DNA of 43,249 nt from NCBI GenBank assembly GCA_032718475.1, contig JAUCBJ010005838.1:1-43249 (forward strand). Direction: 5' to 3'. Under the pieces are notes generated by a model that saw nothing but the letters and a program-made list of their open reading frames with translations, made no database searches and was not told the origin of the DNA. Positions 11,082-21,163 of this stretch are shown here, in pieces. Positions within the stretch are counted from its first letter, which is position 1. Every line of letters starts with the position of its first letter. The position numbers and the translations under genes are program-made. The stretch comes from Nemertoderma westbladi. Taxonomy: Eukaryota; Animalia; Xenacoelomorpha.

Positions 11082-12688
11082 TGTTCGCGGTATTTCAACT
11101 TTCCATAACGCGAGTTGAATATTTTTGTATTTATTTAAAATTGATTATTCCGATATTACTACTGGGTGCGGGACCATGGGTTTTGGGCACATTCAATAAA
11201 CTGGGGGCGATTTATGGGCGAACTTTGGGGCAACTTACAGGGTACGGGAATAATTTCATAGTTATAAGGGCCAGGGGGGATGGAAAATGCAAGCAGTATT
11301 CAGGTTAGCCTGAGTACTATTAGGCCCTGGCCAACTTCCTGCTGCCTGTAGGGGTGGATTTGGTAATGCGCCAGGCCTAAAGGACAAGGACTGCCCTTAG
11401 CGGTCCCTGGCCAACGGCAGCTACTACGAGACTGAAAAGAACTCGGAACGCTGACTGCTTGTGTCAGGGATTTGCGACGGGCACCGACGGCCCCTTAGTA
11501 GCCAAGCCGTTCTGGTTCTCGATGATCGAACCCCGGGGTTCGTGAGGGGTGGAGCGGACACGCGAACAGGTGGCCAACTAACGACTGCCCCCTGACCTAA
11601 GCCGTACTGGTTCTCGATGACCGATCCCTTCGGGGTTCGTGAGGGGTGGGACGGACATGCGAAAGGGCTGGCCACAGGACTGGTTTGACAAGGACTGCCC
11701 TTAGCGGTCTCGGGTCAACGGCAGCTACTACGAGCCTGAAAAGAACTCGGAACGCTGACTGCTTGACTGGGATTTGCGACGGGAACCGACGACAGACCCC
11801 TTAGCCAAGCCGTTCTGGTTCTCGATGATCGTTCCCTTCGGGGTTCGTGAGGGGTGGAGCGGACACGCGACGGGGTCGAAAGACAAAGGACTAGACTCGA
11901 CTAGACTCTACCGGCCTACCGACTGTTCGGAGCAGTTTCTCGGCTGCCGAAGCGACTACGAGCCTGAAACGGACTCGGAAAGCCTAGGTGGTTGGGTTTC
12001 TGTGATGAACTGACGGACCCCTAGCCAAGCCGTTCTGGTTCTCGATGATCGAACCCTTCGGGGTTCGTGAGGGGTGGAACGGACACGCGAACGGGTCCAC
12101 CGACACGACAGACTCCTAGCCAAGCCGTACTGGTTCTCGATGACCGAACCCTTCGGGGTTCGAGAGGGGTGGTACGGATACGCGACAGAGTCTACCGACT
12201 GGACCGACCCTTAGCCAAGCCGTGCTGGTTCTCGATGATCGTTCCCTTCGGGGTTCGTGAGGGGTGGAACGGACACGCGACAGGGTCGACCGACACCGAC
12301 ACTACGGCACTAAGACTGGGACTGAGGGAAAATCTGAGGAACATTAGGTAGGCTAAAATTCTGAGCGAACAGTGGGTTATTAAATAATATACCGTAGGGA
12401 TTTATATTATCGTGTATAATTATTGTGAATATTTGGTGTATATTGATTTGGGGAAGCCCAAAATTATTCTTAATCAGGGTTCAATATTGTTGACAAGGTT
12501 CAACAGAGTTCAGTTACATTAAAGAGTATATCCAACTAATGCAGCTTTTTCTCAACCGCAACCCTGCATCTCAGAAATCATTCCTTCTCCACAATCAATA
12601 TCCGGTGACTGGCCGGGGCTCGGTGGTCTGTTAAGTCACGTCTCCAGCATCGGCGTTTTTCCCCCCTGGTGTAGGAATAACGGCAACA
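11082..12688 (+). repeat. Element A 5' LTR
   Basis: Direct repeat of 23886-25492. Confidence 0.95.
11386..12292 (+). repeat. Array of structured repeats inside the LTR (six ~85-nt K-turn-like modules, three GNRA hairpins, two CTGCC/GGCAG hairpins); duplicated at 24190-25096
   Basis: Core AAGCCGTTCTGGTTCTCGATGATCGAACCCTTCGGGGTTCGTGAGGGGTGGAACGGACACGCGA near 11504, 11599, 11807, 12027, 12122 and 12217. Confidence 0.9.
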
Positions 12689-12690
12689 AA

Positions 12691-12703
12691 ATTAAGAATA
12701 ATT
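12691..12703 (+). promoter_or_regulatory. Non-tRNA primer-binding-site candidate (self-complementary to the LTR)
   Basis: ATTAAGAATAATT, 2 nt after the LTR end, is the exact reverse complement of LTR 12462-12474. No TGG-initiated tRNA PBS at this position. Confidence 0.55.
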
Positions 12704-12942
12704 AATGCGGTTAATTTTGACACGGTGTCAAAATTAAGAATAATTATCGTGGTCAACTTCAACTGGTGGAAGTTGAGAATCCTTCAATACTCTTCAAAAA
12801 CTCTCTACGTGCTTGCCAGCACCCACTACGAGGAAACTCTGGTATTTGAGTTGAGACAAAGTCGTGGTTTAATTAATCAGCAAACTCGATCTAACCAACT
12901 CGTAGTCGGCAGATCACATATTTGGAGAGTTGTTAACAGGGA

Positions 12943-13134
12943 ATGGAAGTATCGATCACACCCATTGATATAATTCAAGTTGAGCCAGGAATCTGGCACG
13001 TCGAAGTTGAGGTACAAGGAACGAACGTCGGACGATTCAGGATTACTGTTCGGGTGGTTCAAGCTGAGTACAATACCTACGAGGAACTGTTTTACGACAT
13101 CGCGTATCTCGCCATCGACGAGGCGTTACAATGA
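12943..13134 (+). CDS. Small acidic 63-aa ORF upstream of gag, stop overlapping the gag start (ATGA)
   Basis: ATG at 12943; TGA at 13132-13134 overlaps the gag ATG at 13131-13133. Confidence 0.4.
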   Translation: MEVSITPIDIIQVEPGIWHVEVEVQGTNVGRFRITVRVVQAEYNTYEELFYDIAYLAIDEALQ

Positions 13135-16100
13135 CAACAAATAACGTATCCGATACCGACGAGATGGATCACCACACAGACTCGGAAGCCGACGAGGTAC
13201 CAAACGTCAAAAACATGACCCGTCGGTTAGGGGCTCTTAAAGGCGGAGTAACCCGAGCGTATCAACGGATGGAGAAACAACTCAAGGGAGTCAAAACCCC
13301 CCTCAATGAGGTACAAACTCAGCTTCAAAGTATCCGAAATATCCTACAGCGGTACGAAAGAATGATACAGGCGTACCAAGAGCTCGTTCCCCCCACCGAT
13401 CTGGAAAACTACCCCAAGCTGGAAGAACACGTTGTACATTAGATGGGTTCCGCAAACAACACCGGAGGACCCTCAGCCTTGTGAGAGGCTATGAGGAACA
13501 GTATTACAAGAGGGCTGAAAGAACAGACGCGGAATCAGTACGATCCTCCAGCATCAGGACAGGAGTACATCGCAAGAGAATGGGGTCCACCAGAAATCAG
13601 CACTCCAGCGCTAGGAGCGAGATATCCGGCTCAGCGTGCAGTTCTCAAGGGGCGCCGCCACTCCGAGACCAACTGCGAGAGCGGAAGGCATTAGCCCTCA
13701 AAGCTCGGATGGAAGATGAGTATATTCAACTGCAAGCCGAGCAAGATGTATTAGCTGCAGAAACCCAAAGGCGAGAGGCCGAACAAGCGGCCGAACGGCA
13801 GGCCGAACAACGTGAACAGGAAGCCGAACAACGCAGGCGAGAGGACGAACAACGCAAACGAGAGGACGAACGACAGGCCGAACAACGCAGGCGAGAAGAC
13901 GAACAACGCAAACACGAGGACGAACGACAGGCCGAACAGCGCAAACACGAGGCCGAACAACGCAAACACGAGGACGAACGACAGGCCGAACAGCGCAAAC
14001 ACGAGGCCGAACAACGCAAACAGGAGGCCGAACAACGCGGACGAGAGGCCGAACGGGAGATCGAACAACGTAAATGGGAAGCAGAAATGCGTAAACAACA
14101 CGCCGAGGCCCAAGCAATTCTCATCCACAAAAAGAACGCGGATATTGCAAAACTCGCGGAATACGAAGCCGCACTTATAGAACGAGATATTCAACTCTAC
14201 GAGGACTGGGAGAGGGATATAGATCAGGAATATGAACCAATCCCGGTACCGGAATTAGAAAAGTCATTTATACCGACAGCGGCGAAACTTCCGAAACCCG
14301 AAATCCCGCCTACCAAACAGTCTACGCTATCGGCACAAGCACCGGTGTTCCATCCACCACCGGCGACGCTAAAGAACGAGGAACCTTATTTCCCATCCAA
14401 CACCACGACAGCGAGTGTACCCAAGTACGAGCCTGAAAAGGACTCGGAACGGGACGCCACTCCCCGATCAAACAACCCATTTACATCAACACCACAAACT
14501 CGTAGCCGCGTCATTATTAAAACTCCGCCTATCATTGATCCATCAAGTATGGGAGTGAGTGCCAATAACTATAACCCTCCGAGTCACTCCAGTTCAGACG
14601 ACGTCAGCATCATCCGGGCGTTGGAGAACCGCCTTGCCATGCCGAAGATGGAGATTCGCACCTTCGAAGGAGATCCCGTCGATTACCTCAGATTCAAGAA
14701 ACGGTTCTTTGCGCAGATTGGATCAACGGACATAGCCGACGCACAGAAATTGGTATATTTATCGCAATACCTGGGTGACAAACCCCGCAGAATTGTTGCA
14801 TGTTTTGAAGGAGGTTCTCATGAGGCATACTATGACGCATGGAAAACTCTAGACAAAAGATACGGAAATACCGGAACTATAATTAATAAAACTCTAGAGA
14901 GACTGATACAGGATGCAGGATCACTAGGGGACCCACAGAACATACAGGAATTCTCCGACTCTATGAAAGATGCCTATTATACTCTGAAGCCCTTAAATAA
15001 GGAGGACCAGGTGAACAACATTCTAAACCTCCGACAGATCGCCCGGAAGTTCCCCGGATGGCTACAAAGTAAGTGGGCTTATAAATGTGTAGATCTCCGG
15101 CGCAGACATCCAGATCGAGATCCTAGCTTCCTTGAAATGTCGGCATTCCTGGACGATATCTCCGAAGCCATGAATGACTCGATGTTTTCAAAACAAAGTC
15201 TCGCAAAGTTGGACGGAATAGAGAGCAACTCTAGGAGTAAGATAACCCCTCCGAAACCAAGATTCCGCCCCCCACCGGTAAGTACGATGGCCATCACCAT
15301 GGCTGAGGATTCCGACGACGAAGACTACGAGGAACCGACATCCGCCAAGGAATGGGCATGTTATCTCGCGAATTGGGCCCCCGAAAGGGAAGGCGTCACA
15401 AATTCCCTACTCTGTCTCTTCTGTGGGGAGAAACATAAAGTGGAATTCTGCAGGAAGTTTCAGTTCGCCGAACTCGTCCCACGTTTCGAGGCGATAATGA
15501 AACACCGAGGATGCTTCCGGTGTCTTGGAACAGGTCACTACGTTCGGGATTGCGACCAAAGGTCGTGCTGTGCTGTCTGTAACGACCAACGCCATCACAC
15601 GCTCCTCCACATCCCCGCGAACTTCGACTTTACTACCCTCCCCTTTCGGATCGAAGCCAGGCGAAGAGGAGAAACAAACCACGTCTTCAAAGGAACCCGG
15701 ACAACCCAACGGAGAGAAACCAACCCGTTTAAAATCTCCACCGCTACACCACAAGTAACAAATATTTCGGCCACGATTAATCTTATAAATCGCCGCTACA
15801 TGGTTTTCGCAAAGGTAATCCCAGTAAGGATCCAAGGAGTCGGCAAATCTTTGACGACACTCGCATTCCTCGATAACGGGTCCGACGGAACCATCATCGA
15901 CCGGGATTTTCTCGAGCAACTCGGCCTAGAATATGAGCCTTGTAAACGGCCCATACAAACCATCACCGATAACAGAGAGGTAGAGTCCGGGGAGGTGCAA
16001 CTCCAGATGGAAGGAGTGATGAAGGGCTACGAAACGGCTAAGTTAACCATAAAGAACGCCTTGGTACACACAGACCTCCGGGTGCGGTTCCGACAATCAG

Positions 16101-19100
16101 CCGAGTACGCCCCCCTCATACAATTGGACCGGGACGATGTAGACCTGAGGTGTCCGCAGTTGGACGTAAACCGTATCACCCTACTGATCGGACTTGATAC
16201 ACCGGAACTACACATCCCCACCGGAGATATCGCCCGATCTATAAACCAGGATGACGGATTTTATGCTGAACGAACAATAATGGGATGGACACTCTGCGGC
16301 ATTAAGGAGGAAACCACGGACACCTATACCTACCTTCCCAAATGTCAGATTAAAGAGAATGTAACCTCCGTGGGTTACTGCTCAGCTTCGGATCTCGACG
16401 AGGATTTGTTTCTGGAAACCGAGAAAACCCAACGAGAGATGACGAAATATTTTAATTTGGAGACCCAGGAGTTCGCGGAAAAGGACGAAAATCCATCCGA
16501 AGAGGACCAATATTGTATGGACGTTCTCGACCAGGCCACGTTTAAAGACGGACACTGGAGTTCACCTATGTTATGGAAGGACCCAAACAAACCAATGGCA
16601 AACAACGCCAGCATGGCACTTAGGCGACTTAAAGGGATTCTACGCCGGTTGAATGACCAACCCGAGATAAAGGAGAAGTATAACACCGTAATCCAAGGAT
16701 ATCTCGATGATGGATTAGCAGAAATGGTACCACGGAACGAACTGCAAGGTGGTAAAAGAACATATTATCTCCCGACCCACTATGTAGTAGAAGCCCGCAA
16801 AGGTGGGAAAATCCGAGTGGTAAATGATGCTGCCGCTATATACCAGGGCGAATCCCTAAACAGTCAACTTTATACGGGACCCAACATATATAGCACACTC
16901 ATCGGCGTATTGATCAGGTTCAGGGAAAACCGGGTAGCATTCACCTGTGACATCAAGGCCATGTTTCATCAAGTTCGTACATTACCAAGAGACTCGGACT
17001 GTCTACGTATCCTATGGACGGATAAAACGCTTACTCAACAGGAGATTAGCCAACTCACGATAAAGGACGTAGACATAATGCGTATGGTCGTCAGGATCTT
17101 CGGCGCTAAGGACTCGCCGGTAGCATGCAGTGACATGCTAAAGAGGACGGCAACCAATTGCGAAAACGAGTTCCCTCCAACCGTCATAGAAACCATTCGA
17201 CGATGCTTCTACGTGGACGACGGATGCGCTGGCGCGGATAATGTAGATGAGGCGTATCAGCTAGCAATGGGGATGGTAGAATGTCTAAAGAAAGGAGGGT
17301 TCCCACTCGTGAAGTTCAGATCCCACGACAAAACACTTATGGAAAAGTTTCCGGAGGATATCCGGCTGGAAAATAACAAGATGTATTCGGAGGATGTGGA
17401 ACATCGTGTACTCGGGATTGAATGGGACATAGAATCAGATGAATTCATCTTCAAATATAAACCCCTACCCAAGCCTATGACAAAAAGGGGATGTTTGTCG
17501 ATAAAAAGTGCAATCTTCGACCCACTAAATTTCATATCTCCAGTAACCTTGGCCGGAATGAACCTGATTAAGGAAATGTGGATAGAAGGACTGGGATGGG
17601 ACGAAGAGCTTCCCCCATACCTTAGCGTCAAATGGAGAAAATGGACGGAGCAACTCGAACACCTACATCTTATGCGGATACCTAGACCGTTCTTCCTCGA
17701 TAAACTGCCCACCGATATCTTCCAGCTCCACACCTTTTCGGATGCTTCAAATACCGGAATCGGCGTAGTAACCTTCTTACGGAGACTAAGTAGCGATGGA
17801 AACGGCGATACAAGCTTCTTATTCTCCAAAGCAAAGACGGTATCCGGGGAATTCGTAGCAACGATTCCGAGACTCGAGCTACAAGCTGCAGTTTGGGCAG
17901 TAAGACAGAATCGCATGGCCATGCGGAACCTACGGATCCCCATAGAATCTCAACACTTCTGGGTAGATTCGAGTATAGTTCTCTATTATCTCCACTCTCC
18001 ATCACGGCGTCACACCACGTTTGTTGCAAACCGAGCCACAGAGATTAAACAGTGTACCGGCCGAGAACAGTGGCATCACGTAAACGGGAAGGAAAACCCA
18101 GCGGACTAATCAAGCCGAGGCGCCACCCCAAAACAACTCGGTAAAAGTAAACTCTGGCTTACAGGCCCGGAATTCCTACGGCAGCCACAGTTAACATGGA
18201 GTACCCGATTCGACCCCGAACTCGATAGCGGAAAATACTCCGAGGACGATAAAGAGATTCGTAAAATCCATCGAAGCAACGCGGTGGAAATTTATAGTTG
18301 CCTGACTGAGCCTGCAAAGGACTCGGGCAGGCACTATAACGTCGCGACGATCACTCAACTAGCGACGTCTTTACATCGGTTGATCGAGCGAACTTCATCC
18401 ATGAGACGGCTCGTCCACCATGTTATAACCCTTCGCAACTTCCTACGGTGGAAAAACAACAAACCGATAGTTCAACGGAATATACAAGAACTCATTATCG
18501 CGGAGAAGTGTATTGTTAGATATGTCCAGAAAGAAAGTTTCCCCGATGAATGGGAACAACTTAGTGCGGGCAAAACGTTGAAACCGGACAGCCCAGTCTA
18601 CCAACTAAGACCAATGATGGGAGAGGACGGACTGATCCGACTGAATACCCGGATGGCAAACGCCCCGGTCGAATATGAGGTTAAATACCCGGCGCTCTGC
18701 CCGGAACGTCGACACTAGCTAAGCTATTAATTCTACAATGTCACGAGGACAACCACCACGCAGGACAGAATTGGATTATAGCTAATATAAGACAAAGATA
18801 TTGGATCACCCATATCCAGCCACTGATCCGGAAAGTGTTGAAACGTTGCTTCACCTGCAGACGTTACCTAGCGCCACCAATCACTCAAAAGATGGCCGAC
18901 TTACCAGCCACCCATCTACAAGCGGATTCCCAGCCATTCTACGTCACCGGGGTGGACTGTTTCGGACCGTTCACGGTTATTGAACGACGATCCAACATCA
19001 AATGCTGGGGAGCCATCTTCACCTGCCTGAGGTCTAGGGCAATTTACCTAGATATCGTGGTAAATCTGACACAACACGCATTCATCAACGCTCTGCGTCG

Positions 19101-19916
19101 GTTCGTGGCGAACAACGGGACATGCCACCACATGTATTCCGATAATGGTACAAACTTTGTGGGAGGAGAAAGGGAACTCAGAGAGGCGATCGAGGGATGG
19201 TTTACCGATAACACACCGCATCCCAAGTCTGGAAGGAACACCAGATACAGTGGCACTTCCAGACCCCCTTAGCCCCCCATACGAGCGGGGTATGGGAGAA
19301 ACTGATCGACCTCGTGAAACGATCCATGCGCGTCGCTCTAGGCGATACCCGGGTAACCCATGATACCCTCCGCACAACATTCTGCGAGATCACGGCTACC
19401 CTGAACAACCGACCTATTGTCCCTATCCGCGACGACCCCACAGACCTGGAGCCCCTCACTCCTAACCACCTACTGGGGAGACCCAAAACCCACGTTCTCC
19501 CGGAAACCATGTTCCCGGATCCCAACGAGATCGCGAAGCATACAAACTGGAAAAAGGCCCAAGCGTTGGCAGCGCATTGGTGGAGAATTTGGGCCCAGGA
19601 ATATCTCATAACCCTCCGGACCAGGAGAAAATGGAACAACACCTACCGGAACGTCGCAGTTGGCGACATGGTACTAGTTAAAGAAGATCTCAAAGACCGC
19701 GTTCACTGGCCTGTGGCGCGGGTCGTGACCATACACCCAAGTAAAGACGGACTTGCGAGGACTGTGACGATACGAACGGCAAAGGGCCACTACCAACGCC
19801 CTATCCAGAAGCTGTGCCTTCTTGAAGGCAATGACAGTGGTGATTCTACGAGAGGTGATAAGATCCCTACTCAAGATCCTGCTGTGGACATTGGTGACAA
19901 TTACAAATCTGTGTAA
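13131..19916 (+). pseudogene. BEL/Pao gag-pol polyprotein, disrupted by frameshifts (~13439, ~18715, ~19230) and a stop (18107-18109)
   Basis: DUF1759-like PKMEIRTFEGDPVDYLRF. Zn knuckles CLFCGEKH, CFRCLGTGHYVRDC, CAVCNDQRHHTLLH. Protease FLDNGSDGT. RT RVVNDAAA, DIKAMFHQV, FYVDD. RNase H LHTFSDAS, TIPRLELQAA, NPAD. Integrase HEDNHH...CFTC, VDCFGP, SDNGTNFVG, APHTSGVWEKL. C-terminal WAQEYLITL. Confidence 0.95.
13770..14100 (+). repeat. Coding tandem repeats (EQRK/EDERQA coiled coil) in gag
   Basis: Repeated GAGGCCGAACAACGCAAAC-type units. Confidence 0.85.
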
Positions 19917-20191
19917 CCCTTCTCATCATGTTGACAAACTCTTATAAACTGTGATTTATCGACAACGAATTATGGACCCCCTTTAAACAACTGTAACCAC
20001 GCAATGGTATTTGTGTTTCCTCGTGTGTTATGTGGAGTCCAGCATCACCCTGCAGATGTTTCGACTGACGCAGGGTCGTTTATGTATTGTTTACCCTGAT
20101 TTTGGTCATCAGGACCTACGATATTGGATTATTGGAAATGGAAAAGATTTGAAGTGGAATTCATTGTATTCATTGCAGTATGTTATGTTGT

Positions 20192-20610
20192 CCGTTGCGT
20201 GCGCAGTTTGGGGCGTAGGCGGTGTAACGAGTCCAGCTGTAGATCCTGGATTGCCGCGCAACACCCCCTCTATCCCGTTATTCTGGTGGGTCCATGGTGC
20301 ATCCACATGACTTCGACGATAGAGGGTTTTATGTTTCTCAGTCGCGTTATTCTGGTGGGACCGTTACGTGGATTTTGGGGCGTAGGCGGTGTAACGAGTC
20401 CAGCTGTAGATCCCAGAATGTTGCGTAACCCCATCCCACATGACTTCGTCGACTGAGCTTTATGTTGTTGGGAGTGTTATTCTGGTGGGTCCCTGGTGCA
20501 TCCACGTGACTTCACTCCTAGCGTCTTCATTGTCCGTTACGTGCGCAGTTTGGGGCGTAGGCGGTGTAACGAGTCCAGCTGTAGATCCCAGATTGCCGCG
20601 TAACACCCCT
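20192..20610 (+). repeat. Interleaved structured repeats between pol and the accessory ORF
   Basis: Motif X TTTGGGGCGTAGGCGGTGTAACGAGTCCAGCTGTAGATCC x3 (20207, 20375, 20549). Motif Y GTTATTCTGGTGGG...CCAC[A/G]TGACTTC x3 (20277, 20346, 20476). Confidence 0.9.
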
Positions 20611-21163
20611 TCCACGACAAAGATTAACCAAAGAAAATGATTGAATATAGTTGGAAATGATGAAAAGGATCAGACAACTCTACTATAAACCTGAATGATG
20701 ACGCGTATGCTGATGAAAATGTGATGATGCGCACCCTGGTGCTGCGCTTATAACAAATGATGATAGCCGGGGGGCTATAAACCCAATGATGATGTGGAAA
20801 TAAATAAATGTGAAATAAATGGTGGAACTAAATGTTGAAATATATGTGGAAATAAATGAAATGAAATGAAATAATAATGAAAGGAAAAAAGACAAAAAAA
20901 AGGTATAAAAGAGGTCAAAGAATATAATTGGAAAAAAAAAAAGGACAAAAAAGTCATAAAAAACTGGTTGGATATTATGTATAGCTATAGTAACTGTAAA
21001 TGCTGAATGTATTAGCAATAAGATGATAGATGCCTATATAGCAATGTTATTTAATAAACTGAATTAAATAAAAAAAAACTGAATTATTCTGCTATCGCTA
21101 TAGTTTCAGACTTTCTGGACTTATAATTAACTGAACTAATTTGTAACGGATATAATCGTAAAT

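Noticed and set aside
11516-12265. AUGAN/NGAN cores as SECIS elements recoding the UGA at 21284
   Set aside because: The upper helix is only ~7 bp with a UUCG loop and no apical AAR; the UGA is more simply a CGA-to-TGA mutation.
11516-12265. Modules as hammerhead ribozymes or Pol III A/B-box units
   Set aside because: CUCGAUGA is not CUGANGA and no GAAA follows the stem. TAGCCAAGCCG is A-box-like, but GTTCGTGAG is a poor B-box and there are no T-run terminators.
11488-12292. LTR repeat array as CRISPR
   Set aside because: Eukaryotic LTR context, ~85-nt repeats with short related linkers rather than unique spacers, and no cas genes.
11424-12351. Short ORFs within the LTRs (duplicated at 24228-25155)
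   Set aside because: They arise from GC-rich repeats, mostly with non-ATG starts; the variation follows RNA pairing rather than codons.
13698-14194. Antisense ORFs over the gag repeats (also 26685-27234 and 17257-17943)
   Set aside because: Shadows of repetitive or coding sense-strand sequence.
20683-21018. Phe-rich 111-aa minus-strand membrane-like ORF
   Set aside because: Translation of the complement of an A-rich low-complexity tract.
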